A stretch of 64,000 nucleotides of DNA from Octopus sinensis (taxonomy: Eukaryota): NCBI RefSeq assembly GCF_006345805.1, contig NC_043002.1, positions 104,408,001 through 104,472,000 of the forward strand, read 5' to 3'. Positions 1 to 13,431 of the stretch are shown here, piece after piece. Under the pieces are notes generated by a model, which was given only the letters and a program-made list of their open reading frames with translations, did no database searches and was not told where the DNA came from. Numbering within the stretch: the stretch's first letter is position 1; each line of letters starts with the position of its first letter. The position numbers were made by a program, and so were the translations under genes.

Positions 1-1050
1 GAGGAGCAGAGGGGGAGAAGGAAGAAGAGGGGGAGGCAGGAAATCGAGCTGAGTGAATAAATCGATCCCAGTACTCCTTTTTCAAATGTGCTCCGTATTC
101 AATCGTTCTCTTTGCTGAACTCAAACGCACCAATACCAGTTATCAAGCGGTGGTGGGGAGGACAAACGCAGAAAAAAAGACGTCCACACATAGATGCATA
201 TATAAATACATAGATACATATATACATACGTGTGTGTGTATTATATATGTGTGTACATATGCATGTATATTTATATATATTTACATACGTATATATATAT
301 ATACACACTCACACAAATCTTTTTTTTTTTTTCTGTGCGTGAGAACAGATACGTAGATATGAAGAAACTCTTCATCTGATCTTCTTATTGAACTTTGAAT
401 AAATATACTTTCTCTATGTTGTATTAAGAGATACGTCGATGCAGTTTTGAAGCAGAGAAATATCTCGGATTGACTTGCACTTTAAACCAACGTTTACACA
501 AGTGACCACTATTTTATTTTACGCGCTGTACACAAACTCATTCCACTGGGAAGAATATTAGAATGTTCAGACGCAATTCTTAAAGACTTACTCACACATT
601 TTCTAGCTTATTTGCTTCTGAATTCACCAATAACAATTGTCCATTGTTAAGTCAATAAAAGTTTCAAATTGTGAATCAGAGGACCTTGTTATAGAACAAA
701 TGCCTATGGAGATCAAGAAAAACATGGCCGTTTATTAATGGCACTCTAACAGCGTCTGGGCTTTGTATACAGCTTCTTAAGTCAATAGTAGGTGTTTGCA
801 TTTGACCACTTGGAATTAACTGAAAGACTTCAACCTGTATATTTATTGGTTATTTCACAGAAGATTCGCTGTTTACAAAAATAGGTTGAACAACGCCTCC
901 TCGAAATTCTTATGAAATTCCGTTTGCAATATAAACTCAAATCGAATATAATAAGTAGATTCAAAATTTGGAACGACTCTGTGGTAAAGCTCCGTATATT
1001 CTTGTAGGTTTAAGCTGTAAATTCAAATCCAGCCGAGATCAGATTTGTCT

Positions 1051-1285
1051 TACCTATTTCTTTACTACTCACAAGGGGCTAAACACAGAGGGGACAAACA
1101 AGGACAGACAAACGGATTAAGTCGATTATATCGACCCCAGTGCGTAACTGGTACTTATTTTATCGACCCCGAAAGGATTAAAGGCAATGTCGACCTCGGC
1201 GGAATTTGAACTCAGAACGTAACGGCAGACGAAATACGGCTACGCATTTCGCCCGGGGTGCTAACGATTCTGCCAGCTCACCGCC
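1051..1285 (-). mobile_element. tRNA-headed SINE, family A, full length
   Basis: Minus strand reads GGCGGTGAGCTGGCAGAATCG...GAGTTCAAATTCC (A/B-box-like), then CCGAGGTCGAC..TTTCGGGGTCGATAAAATAAGTACCAG (resembles the Meta/MESC SINE core, from memory), tail AAAGAAATAGGTA. Homologous to 6262-6861 and 32973-33232. Confidence 0.9.
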
Positions 1286-1624
1286 ACTAGATTTGTCCTA
1301 CATTCATATGGTGTTGTTAAGATGAACTCTTTTTGAAAACAAGGCTAATCTAATGCAGTAAATCTTCTCGAAGATCGAATTTTTTTTCTTTTTTGTTTTT
1401 GTTTTTGACTTTATTAGAAAACCATTGATTGCATTTTATGAAATTATGATATAATCTCACAAAGTTAAATAAGGCTACAAATATTACACGATCATTATTA
1501 GGATTAGCGTTCACTTCCCGAAAACCCATGTTCGGCCATACTTCGCTCCGGGATAATTTGCATGTATAATAATATGTATGAAACCAAGAGTGTTGTACGG
1601 CATATATATGTATTATGTATGCAT

Positions 1625-1752
1625 TATGTATGTATGTATGTATGTATGTATGTATGTATGTATGTATGTATGTATGTTTGTATGTATGCATGGATGGATG
1701 TATGGATGGATGGATGGATGGATGGATGGATGGATGGATGGATGAATGGATG
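1625..1752. repeat. compound (TATG)n/(TGGA)n microsatellite
   Basis: Directly visible tetranucleotide arrays. Confidence 0.97.
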
Positions 1753-2053
1753 GCGTTTCCGTCGTTGAATTTTCACTTCCTCAATTAGTTGAAATGAATA
1801 TTATATTCATGAATTGACGTGAAAATAGCCTAGCTTTCGAAAGACGTATAGTTTTAAAGTATTTTGTCAGGCAGATTCAGTGCGGGACTGTGTTTCGAAT
1901 CCGTGCTTTTTCGATTAGATCTAGAATCAATCCGACGTGTTTGTACACGTTTTCCCTCTGCTTAAAAGTTATGGAATGAAACAACGCAGACAATTATATT
2001 AGCTGTGATATATTGATATCTGTCTTATTTTCTGGTTTTTATGAGAATCGTGG

Positions 2054-2220
2054 GGCGGCGAGCTGGCAGAAGCGTTAAACACACCAGGCGAAATGATAAA
2101 CTTTTACTTCGTCCATCTTTACGTTGAGTTGAAATTGTATTGAGGTCGACTTTGCCTTTCATGCTTTCGGGTCGATAAAATAAGTACCAGTTGATCACTG
2201 GGGTTGATATAACCAACTTA
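2054..2220 (+). mobile_element. diverged family A-related SINE
   Basis: GGCGGCGAGCTGGCAGAAGCGTT head and GAGGTCGACTTTGCCTTTCATGCTTTCGGGTCGATAAAATAAGTACCAG core. Confidence 0.85.
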
Positions 2221-2467
2221 AGTACTCTTGGGTTAGATTATATAAAAAAAAAAACGGTAACCTTCTGCTAATCCATATCGAGCCAGTGTGTCACAGTCTA
2301 CTCCAGTATAATCCCAAGCTAAATTTGCGGCCTCCACTCCAGGCCGTGATTGATGGGGGAGAACATGCTTAGGCTTTCGTTCCGCAGTGGACTGAATACA
2401 TGCAATCCAATACATTATTTACATTATTTACATTTGAAGGATGTTTGTCCTCATCTTGTTTGCTATT

Positions 2468-2513
2468 AACACAACGTTTCGGCCGATGTACTCCCCAGGC
2501 TTCATCAGGTGTC
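2468..2513 (-). ncRNA. minimal type I hammerhead ribozyme motif
   Basis: GACAC-CUGAUGA-A-GCC-(loop)-GGC-C-GAAA-C-GUU^-GUGUU: intact core, stem I GACAC/GUGUU, palindromic ACGU stem III. Folded by hand; activity unknown. Confidence 0.7.
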
Positions 2514-2565
2514 TTGGGAATATTTCGAACCTGGTTTATCATTCCTAAAGTAGTTTTCGATGTTA

Positions 2566-2582
2566 CTATTATTATATTATTA

Positions 2583-2617
<35 letters not shown>

Positions 2618-2714
2618 TATTATTATTATTATTATTATTATTATCATTATTAATATTATTATTATTATCATTATCATTATTATCATTATTATCATTATTA
2701 TTATTATTATTATG

Positions 2715-2764
<50 letters not shown>

Positions 2765-2783
2765 CATCATCATCATCATCATT
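2566..2783. repeat. (ATT)n/(ATC)n microsatellite inside the family F SINE
   Basis: Directly visible; source of the poly-I/poly-N ORFs. Confidence 0.97.
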
Positions 2784-4488
2784 CATGTCACTGCTTGAAA
2801 TCGAACTTGGAATCTTGGGGTTAGTAGCCCGCGCTCATAACCACTACACCATATGCCCAAGCGATGAGAATTGTAATTGTACCTTCTTAATAGTGTCTTT
2901 CTATGTTTTTAGATCCTAGAATCTCCAGTTTAATCATTGAGATATCAATGAGATGCATCACGTATGATTTATTGCATCAGTTGCCTTCGAGCAACACTAT
3001 CAGAGGGTCTCGTGATGTTGACTCATTATTTCGGCAATGAAATCCACGACCAGAGACATTCATGAATCTTACTGTCTCCAGTTATGAGACTCATTAGACC
3101 GATTACTTGGGCCTCATGCTGCATCAGTGACCGAAATCTCCATATTCAATTGGACGGGAAACCCAGAACCTTCACCGAATACTAACAGCAAGATAAACTC
3201 CTGTAAGTGGCTTCATAATTTATCTCTTAAGGATAAACTGAGTGTCGGATGAAATTGGTAAGCCTTAAGTAGTTAGATCAGGCTTTTGTATTTCTAGTTT
3301 GGTGAACCCAAGGCTATTTGTAAAAGTACTTGTCCATGGTACGACGTATGTGCTACTGAGCATAGAACAACATGGTGGTGAACGACCAAAGCATCTGAAG
3401 TCGTACAGACGTGCCATCGGGTTATCAAAATCCTAATTGAAATATCTTTACAAATCATAATGACCCTGCGTAATTCACACATGCATTCATCATGTCATTC
3501 CTTAAATATCAACAGATTTTGATGATTAATTTGGGACGTAAATATTCTAGAAAACAAATTAAAAGAAACCATACGAAGAGTCGAAATATCATTTGATAAT
3601 AAAAGGTAAAACTATGAACAAGGCCGTCTTTACTCATGTACCATATCGAAAATTAAAGTTAATTCTCATACCTGGTACGACAAGGTTGATGGTTATATAT
3701 TTGAAACTTACTGACGTAAAACGAGACTAAAATGAAACATTAGATATAAAATTGTCTACGTGATTCAGTTGAGAGATTTCATACCTGTAATACCTGTAAT
3801 TGGTTAATTCATTAAGCTGTGTTCTCTCCGTTTCGAAAGATTGGCTTTTTGCCTAAGTAGGAATCTTACATTATTTGATACTCTCATCTCTTAATTACTA
3901 TTGGTCAGGGTAAATATTGTTGTACAGTTCAATATTTAATTTGCATTCGCTCTTTCAATGGAATAGCCTGACAATAAATCCTATACATTCTCTTTGTAAT
4001 GTGGAATTTAATTATTATTAGCGATAATATTTCTAACATATCTTTAGGATATTCGAAATTATAGGAAGCCGACAAGCGCGATATTCAATACCACTGGACT
4101 TTATAAGAAATCTACCTTAAAGGCAATCAAAGCAAGATAAATTAATACGCTGTATTAAGTGAAAAAGGGGGCAGTATTGAGACTGTAGCTATTCATATTA
4201 AATTTATAGAAAAACAAATTGCAATGGTCAGGCAAGACAAACATAAATGATGGATGACTTTCTCAGCAGAGTTCGGAGAGAGTCGCTACAAGATCCTTTC
4301 TACCTACACAGCCATATGCAGACATATTTCGTGTGAAATCTCCTCACTAACATCCTTTAATCTTTCCAAATGATTTTTTTTTCTTCTTTTATCATTCCTT
4401 TTGTCTCCGATACAAATTTGCATTTCTTGCTTCCAATAAATTCAGGGAATTGTCGACAAAAGTATTACAAGCTACTACACTCGTTGAA

Positions 4489-4660
4489 GGCGGCTTGCTA
4501 CCAGAATCGTTAGCATGTCGGACAAAATGCTTAACTGAATTTTTTAGGTACTTACTTCGAATCCAGCTGAGGCTAACTTTACCTTTCCTCCTGTCGGGAC
4601 CGATAAATTGAAGTCCCACTCAAGTACCACTCAAGCACTCTGGTCGATGTACTCGACTTG
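4489..4660 (+). mobile_element. highly diverged family A-related SINE
   Basis: GGCGGCTTGCTACCAGAATCGTTAGCATGTCGGACAAAATGC head; degenerate core GAGGCTAACTTTACCTTTCCTCCTGTCGGGACCGATAAA. Confidence 0.7.
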
Positions 4661-6261
4661 TAACGTTCACTCAAAACGGCTATACTTGAACCATGCAATG
4701 GACAGGTGTTCTGTTCAGAGTTCATGTAATGACCTCGGTCACTGGCATGCCATGGAAACCGGAGAAACGGCCTTATGGGGCTTGGGGTTTCTGGAGAGAA
4801 AAATATAAGAATTATAGTAACAGTGATAGTGTGAGTCGATTAGGAAAGGAAATTAAACGACAGGATTAAATTGCAGAATAGAATGCCAACATAATTTTCT
4901 GGATATTAGATTATTATATACAAAGGCAATTTACAAGGGGAATAAAAATGATGAAACTTAGTAATTGACTCAAAAATGACCTGAGGGGAAGAAAGAAAAC
5001 GTGAATTCATATTGGATACAATTCTCTCACTAAAATTATTCGGTGTTTCAGTTTCGTTTTCCTTTTGTTTTTCTTTCCACAAAATGTCCCATACACTTTT
5101 CTGCTAATAACACCATATTCATATTTGCTTTCATCTATAAAACTGATTAGTTTGTCCCTTCTTCGGCACTACAACAGCCTCGGAAGCCCAGCGATCTGTC
5201 ATGGATATTGTTTTAACTCTTGACTGCTTAAAAAATAAAAATTAAAAACAGTATAGGTTATGTGAAGATGAACAAATGGATCAAGTGAATTACAAACAAA
5301 CAAATATAATAAAGAGGAATGATGAAAGTAGTGACAAGTTGTTACCCTGTAAAATATGTCTACAACTATACTTTGCTTTCCTGGAGATCATTGCTAAAAA
5401 TTTGCTCTTAACGTTTGTACTCATTTCAATTGTAATTTTATTATACGATAATGGTTTCATGAACGAATCGGCAATTAATTAACGAACTTACATTTTAGCA
5501 CTTTGTAGTTTTTTTTTTTTAAATCAAATAAACAAATGCTTACACAAAGTTGCACCTGTAACTATCAATGCAGTTGCTTCAAATATCCTTGTTCTCTGTT
5601 CCCTGATGAAACTTTACACTGATTTTAACCATAGATATCAGATTTGCTTAAAATTTCATTGCCTGTCCAAGAATATTACGTGACAAGTGAACATTACTTA
5701 CAACAATTAAGCTACGTTTGTGAAACGATTTCCGAACTCCACAGTTTACTTTTTAACTTTATAGAATTTTACGTCATTCTTTTGACTTTAGAATTTGCAG
5801 TTAATGCAAATCTGTTCTTATTTTACAATGTAAATACACACGTATTACTAGTAGGAAAAATGACTGGGTTTATTTGAATACGGAATACATTATGCAAATA
5901 TAAATTCTAGTTCGAACTATTTCCATAAATAATGCCTTAATTAAAACTTTGTTTGCGTAGGTACTTGATTCTCGTTTTTAATATAAAGCTTGCTCGATTT
6001 TACGTTCTGCCTCGACTTAATTACAGCTGGTCATGACTGAGCTAATACTACAGCAGAAACAAATTTATAACATTACAAATTTGATCTTCTGATAAGAGTG
6101 TTGCCTTTGTAAATGTGGCAAAAACTACATAAATTCCTTTGAGTAAGAAAAGTAAATTTGCATCTTTTCGATTTCAATCAATGTTAAGCGAGCAATTCCT
6201 TAATGGCCCGAGTAAGAACGGATGCCTACTGTAAGCATGGATAAATGAATATACAGTTATC

Positions 6262-6861
6262 GGTGGCGAGCTGGCAGACACGTTAACGAGCTGGGCGAAA
6301 TGCTTAGCGGTATTTCGTCTGCCATTACGTTCTGAGTTCAAATTCCGCCGAGGTCGACGCTGCCTTTCTTCCTTTCGGGGTCGATAAAATAAGTACCAGT
6401 TTCGCACTGGGGTCGATGTAATCGACTTAATCCGTTTGTCTGTCCTTGTTCGACCTCTCTGTGTTTAGCCCCTTGTGCGTAATAAAGAAATAGGTATTTC
6501 GTCTGTTGTTACGTTCTGAGTTCAAATTCCGCCGAGGTCGACGCTGCCTTACTTCCTTTCGGGGTCGATAAATTAAGTACAAGTTTCGCACTAGGGTCGA
6601 TATTATCGACTTAATCCGTTTGTCTGTCCTGGTTCGTCCTCTTTGTGTTTAGCCCCTTGTGGGTAGTAAAGAAATAGGTATTTCGTTTGTTGTTACGTTC
6701 TGAGTTCAAATTCCGCCGAGGTCGACTTTACCTTTCATCCTTTTCGGGGTTCGATAAATTAAGTACCAGTTTCGCACTGGGGTCGATGTAATCGACTTAA
6801 TCCCTTTGTCTGTCCTTGTTTGTCCCCTCTATGTTTAGCCTCTTGTGGGCAATAAAGAAAT
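6262..6861 (+). mobile_element. head-to-tail trimer of family A SINE with a single TSD
   Basis: One head plus three 184-bp units starting GGTATTTCGT at 6309, 6493 and 6677; ATAAATGAATATACA at 6241-6255 and 6862-6876. Confidence 0.92.
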
Positions 6862-8050
6862 ATAAATGAATATACAATTCGTGCCGCGAGGAAACGTTAA
6901 GGAGACATTAAAGTGTTCAAAACTTGGATTAAGATTTCGAGACAACATTCTTATGGGCATTTAGTTTAGTTCGTTCCACAAGGCTTTCATGAAGCGTATT
7001 GTTTATTCGAAGACTCGAAAGAAAAACCTTTTGTCGTTCACTTATTTTCAACCAGTGATTTTGTTTTTCACTTCGAAAAACAAAAGCAAACAATAATAAA
7101 CACTGGAAATGTAACAAAACATTTACTGTTGCACACCAGGACATCTGTTTTGTTTTGGGGATAATCTTGTTGAATCTTTGATGAAGTGAAGTAGTTGTGA
7201 CGTCGGCAGTTTTGCCGTATATTGCTTCAGTCATTTCCTTTAACCAGCATTTCACATGGAATTCCTAATCTAATTGCATCCATTGTTGCATCATTTCCAG
7301 TGTTCCATCTCTAATTTAAAAATGCCACTTCAGCAATACATGTTGTCTTGCTGCTCTCGTGTTTCCAAGGGAACTAAAATTTTCCACAAGCCAAGCATCG
7401 GGTGATTATCTGATGTGTGGGAAGACGGCTTCTGCATTTGAACCTCTTCAAATCGCATGCCCTGTTTCATATAACTTTCCTTCAGAAAATTATATTTGCA
7501 TGCAAACCATTTGTTATTGCTTTTATCTCATTTAGGAACTTGGTAATCTCTCTGAGATAATAGCGTGAATCTTCCTTGAAAATAAGGAAATATGCCTGGG
7601 GATACATTTCGAGTAAGGTGAAAGAATTTTAATGAAAAATCTGTTGGATTCCAATATGAACTGCAACATCGGTGTCCCTTCATTATGTCATAAATCTGCT
7701 GCTGCTGCTGCTATATTTGTGGTTGCGTAGGGGGCAACAATTTTTTTCTGCTTGCCTCAAGTAAGCAAATGTGAAAAAAAACAATTTGCCAGATTCTCCA
7801 AGATACATGAATGAAGGAGCATGCATGATCAAATTATGTCGCTGTTTCTATGGATCTAAGCTTCATATAGTTCAAGTTTCTCATTACATTATGAAAATAC
7901 GATACTGTTCCCTTCTCGGGGTAGGTAATATAGTGTTTGCCTTTATGACAGCAATTAATGAAGTGTGTCGCCAAGGTATTATTTCATAAACAAAATTTCA
8001 ACACAGCAGCACTGGCAAACAATATTTAGAAAAGTTTACAAGAATGAAGC

Positions 8051-8686
<636 letters not shown>

Positions 8687-8955
8687 AGTAAACATTTAAA
8701 AATTGTTAAATCTCTGATTTTATTTCCAGACCAGGCATATCTTCTATTTCTAATATTTGCAACAGCCAAGAAGAAAACAATAACTAGATGTTCGAATCAC
8801 ATAAACTTTCAGCCATAAGGTAACTGCGGACTATGAGAACCCGCAGCTGAAACTGAAGAGTAGCAAGAATCTGATTCGATCAAAATGAAAAATATATTGT
8901 TAATTTTTTCTAGGTTATTCAGAACTGTTTTATCTGACAGTTGTCACAAAATGTC

Positions 8956-8959
8956 TACG

Positions 8960-9011
<52 letters not shown>

Positions 9012-9109
9012 GATCTGGCTGTCTGTCTATCTATCTGTCTGTATGCCTGTCTGTCCATCCATCCATCCATCTATCCATCTATCCATCCATCCATCCACCC
9101 ATCTATTTG

Positions 9110-9170
<61 letters not shown>

Positions 9171-9171
9171 A

Positions 9172-9202
<31 letters not shown>

Positions 9203-9227
9203 ATATATATATATATATAATATATAT

Positions 9228-9259
<32 letters not shown>
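8956..9259. repeat. (TATC)n/(TCCA)n/(TA)n compound microsatellite
   Basis: Directly visible. Confidence 0.97.
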
Positions 9260-11299
9260 AACCTGTGTACGTGTGTGTCTGTTTCAGTTCTGGATCATAT
9301 AGTAAACCGTATATGCTATGTGCAACTGAAGTTATTCTAAGCTAATTTTTATACTTTCTCACCGATAATAGCTTGCTACGTCTCTCTCTTATCGCTATTC
9401 TCCGAGCTTTATTTCTGGCTTTCTTTTCCATCGTTTCAGTGTCTTCTTTGTTTTCTTCCTTATTTCATCGCTAGTCTATATACCTTGTATATTATTCTGT
9501 TTGGTGATGTCTTTTTTTGCCGTTATTTTTATCTGCAAATAACGCTGATCATTGACCTCTCATGATAAGCATCATCTGAATGCGGTTCCTTTAGTGTAAT
9601 CTTTACTCCGTGACTGAGAACTTGTTCGCTTGTTTGACTTTCAATTACCTGATATATATTTAAAATCTCCAAATTACATAATACCTTCCTCTAGTTTTCT
9701 CTTTGATGTACTCTTTTTCTCGCATTCCTTTCCTGCACCAATGGCCGCTGCTTTTCAATCAGATCTTCCGTGTGAATGATTGCTGTAAATGAGAACTGTA
9801 TAGTGAGGTATTAGTTTGAAGAAAGATGAGAGAAGGAATTGACTCGAGTGAGTTTCCACGTAAAAATTGAAAAACCTAACTTCAAAGATTTACCCAGAAA
9901 ATAAAACGGAATCAAGCAGCAACAATATATTGCAAGAGAACCATTACCGATGAACATAGAAACAGGAATTGGACTATGTCTGAATCGAGATAATAATATT
10001 GAAGAAATATCAATTACTTGTACTTTCCATTTCTAATCAGCAAGAAGATAATAAAATTGCCATTTAGCTCATAGTTTAACTTGGTAGACATTCAAAAACC
10101 ATCCAGAAATATTTATATTGCAAAGATTGTGGTAGCATATAGCAACAGGGGTAGAGGATATTTGTTATAAAATGAAATAAAAGTTGTACCTATTCCAGAG
10201 TGCCTTCATCTTAAAATTTATAGAAAATGCTGCCGCAAAGCGATAGCAAATCCATTTCGATCATTTTGAAAATATGTGGTTTGTAGGCGGAGTTTAAAAG
10301 GAAAAGTATACACGCACCCCAATCAACAACAAAAAAAGGAGTATATTGGAAATACATAGCAACTAGATGTTTTTTTTCAAACGTTATTTATTCCTAATAC
10401 TTTACTAAAAAAAATTATTCCTAACAAAGAATGCAGGAAGTACGTAAGAGAGTAGGTGCTAGTTTCGTTATTTCAAAACCTTTAAAAACGCCAAAAGCAT
10501 AAAATCATACAGAATTTGGTGGCACCGAAATATTCTTTAAGATAGGATTGTATATTAGGCAATATGTAGTAAACATTATCTCTCTCTTGTCTCTATCTCT
10601 CACTATCGTCCTCTCCAGAGCACCTATCACTCCTTTCATTCTTCCTCTGTTCTTTGTCTATAGATTCTTTCTCTTCATATAATGAATGTCCAACTGAAGG
10701 AATTTTATCTATTTTCCGCTTGCCACATGGCTCTGCGTAATCACCCATCCTACAATTGAATCCTACTCTGACGCACTGACAAAAAACAGAAAACAATAAA
10801 GAAATTATAAATCAGGTGGCCGTTATAATATCGATATCTGCTTTCACGTGAACATTAACTAAAAAAAGGATCACTAAACATAATATACTTCCATACACGC
10901 TTTCACATCTCCCTTCATCTTTATTATTTTTTATCTCCCTTTCATAATCTCATATATCAATCACTTATCAGTTTTTCCTCGAAAAAAGTCTCAAGTTCTA
11001 CTCCAGGGTTTTCAGAATCATATTGATATGTTGATAACTGACTCGCTGGAGATACATATGTCTCAGTTACACCGCCAGAAAATGAAAAAGATTCTGGTTC
11101 CCAACTGTAAATGATTGACTGTGATAACAAGAAATTCCCGTGAAAGTTACTAAAAACTATGAGCCACAGGTTTCAGCAGCGAGCCAACGTGGGATGTTCT
11201 ACTGATTCTTTTGGTATGTAACAAACAGTAACTAAAATATGCCTCACATTGTAGTGCTTCCTCAACAAATTTCTTAGAAATAATGTTTAAGAAGTTCAA

Positions 11300-11928
11300 C
11301 CGAGTTCGGTTCTACCGCACGGCACCTTGATCAAGTGTAGTTTACTGAAGCACGGAATGTCCAATACTTTGTGAGTGGATTTGTTAGACGGAAACTGTGT
11401 AGCAGCCTATCTCTGTAAATATGTGTGTCTACATATTTGTGTCTGTGTTTGACTCACAACCACTTGACAAGAAATGTTTATTTAAGAACTGGTGGACTGG
11501 CCAGGTTGCCAGCTTGCCCGATGGCAAGTGGGCTCCTGCGCCATTACAATCCATATATGGGGGCACATGTTAGTATCTAAGGGGCCCATCCCATCAAGTC
11601 TGAGAATGTTTTATTCACTCCTGGAATAATGCATTAATTATTTCAGCCTGGCTGTGTTTGTAGACAGTTGAAAGAATACATTTAGCAACAAATTAAAAGA
11701 TTAAATGATAGCATTGTAGTTGCGGGTGGCCACCCCACTTAGTCACCTGGCAACCAATATTTTTAGACCCAGTCCGCCAATGGGTTTAAGTGTCCGGAAC
11801 CTAGCACTTCGGCAAATGAACGAACAGAATAAGTATGATGCTTTAAAAATAAGTCCAATTTGAAACTAAAACCCTTCAAGTTGGTGCCCCAATATGGTCA
11901 CAGCGCAAAGACTGAAATAAGTAAAAGG
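11300..11928 (+). mobile_element. old family B SINE split by an insertion
   Basis: 5' part GGCACCTTGATCAAGTG..GTGAGTGGATTTGTTAGACGGAAACTG (11300-11470); 3' part resumes at about 11782 with ..TTCGGCAAA..AGAATAAGTA..GACTGAAATAAGTAAAAG. Confidence 0.7.
11490..11778. mobile_element. putative MITE with imperfect terminal inverted repeats
   Basis: Left TGGTGGACTGG..GGTTGCCAG..AAGTGGG; right end reverse-complemented TGGCGGACTGG..GGTTGCCAG..AAGTGGG. Interrupts the SINE B copy. Confidence 0.45.
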
Positions 11929-12992
11929 GAAAATATGAAAGACTGCTTCATGTCGAAAGGTGTGCGAATGTGGATGATAAGTCTATTGGTTGAGAAGAAA
12001 CCCGAACACCAGCAACAACAGAAGCAAATGTGGGTTGCTGCCCGCCTTCATTTCAACGCAGCATTAGTAACAGTAAAATAGTCTGAGGTTCGCTTATGCA
12101 TTTCTCTGGACCGTTGTATTTAAGTCGTTGCCCAGGAATATATTCAAAGCTGACAAATTGTTTTAAACAATCTGGGATGTAGGTGCCGCTACAAAATGTG
12201 GATGAAACAACAAGCTGTTGCCATTCATACAAACTTTGGTTGATACAAAACAAGACTATGGCTTGTTAATTACATTATAGAGAAAAAAATTCTTTCTCCT
12301 AATCAGGTTAACTTGTAGCAACGCAGAAAGTTTTCGGGTGCAACATACTGCGCATGGGAAATATTTGGGGGACATCTAAGTGATTACATTGCAATCAAGA
12401 GCAGCCTAATGTCCAACACGACGCCATTCGTCAATGGTGATCCAGTCGCTCCCTTTTTTACCATATAGTTTACAATAAAATTATGAGATATTTTCTCCAG
12501 CTGCAGTTGATTATGACAAATATTTACGACTTAGCATCTAGTATCTGACACGACAAGAAATTAACTGCTCTCACACACATCTGAATGGTGTACTGTTTAT
12601 ATTTCATGAATCAAGAATATAGAGAGACAATTTTAATAAATTTTCATCGAACAAACAAAACTAAACGGGATTTTAAACGATGCCTTCGTTAACAGAGAGT
12701 AGACAGAGATCAGAAATTAAGAATGTGAGATTTATAAAGTTCTATAAAAAGAACTTTATAAATCTTAAGCAAGGTTATTGGCATATGTAGGTTATGCAAA
12801 TTTGAATGTCAGTTCACTAAAAGCAGGAAAAATAAAACTAGGAAGATGGAGGAGAATATTTGGAATTATTTCAAATTCTCAAATACTAGAGTTAAAAATA
12901 TTGCTGAATGACCTTTCCCAACAAAATTTTCATTTCACTCCCACACCAAAGAAATATGAATCAAATTTATATTTGTCTCCCTTGCCACTCAC

Positions 12993-13111
12993 ATCTCTAG
13001 CACCCTCTTCCGCTTCCGGCCATTCCAGCATGCATTCCTCGGCTAATTCAGATTTCGATTCTCTTTTTCTCTCTCCATTGCTTTTTCTCTCAACGTATAT
13101 TGTTTCAGTGA
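12993..13111 (-). CDS. candidate internal exon of an unidentified host gene (xTETIYVERKSNGERKRESKSELAEECMLEWPEAEEGARD)
   Basis: Acceptor aacatacag, donor gtgagt, 119 bp open frame (phase 1 in, phase 0 out), in unique sequence. No homology recognised. Confidence 0.3.
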
Positions 13112-13219
13112 CTGTATGTTAGAGACGTAGACGGCTTCTAATTTTCCGGTACGTAAACTAAATATATAACCATTTGTTTATATATTTACCACGTTTTCTC
13201 ATTTTATCTTTGTATCATA

Positions 13220-13232
13220 TATATATATATAT

Positions 13233-13273
<41 letters not shown>

Positions 13274-13307
13274 AGATAGATAGATAGATAGATACATAGA
13301 TAGATAA

Positions 13308-13354
<47 letters not shown>

Positions 13355-13431
13355 TACATACATACATACATACATACATACATACATACATACATACATA
13401 CTACATACATACATACATACATATATATATA
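13220..13431. repeat. (TA)n/(GA)n/(GATA)n/(CATA)n compound microsatellite
   Basis: Directly visible. Confidence 0.96.

Larger units (their letters stand above)
2411..2857 (-). mobile_element. tRNA-headed SINE (family F) with internal (AAT)n and a 3' hammerhead-like motif
   Basis: Minus strand: GGCATATGGTGTAGTGGTTA (A box)...GTTCGATTTC (B box), (AAT)n tract, CTGATGA...GAAAC motif, short tandem tail (AAATAATGT)n. Confidence 0.75.

Noticed and set aside
6309-6861. CRISPR-like array
   Set aside because: The units are contiguous 184-bp SINE copies with no unique spacers, and the context is eukaryotic.
9685-9782. Exon candidate (tttacag...gtatta; IIHTEDLIEKQRPLVQERNAR)
   Set aside because: All three frames contain a stop as given; it would need a homopolymer correction that I cannot verify.
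12778-13122. 114-aa plus-strand ORF
   Set aside because: No motif; it overlaps the better-supported minus-strand exon candidate.
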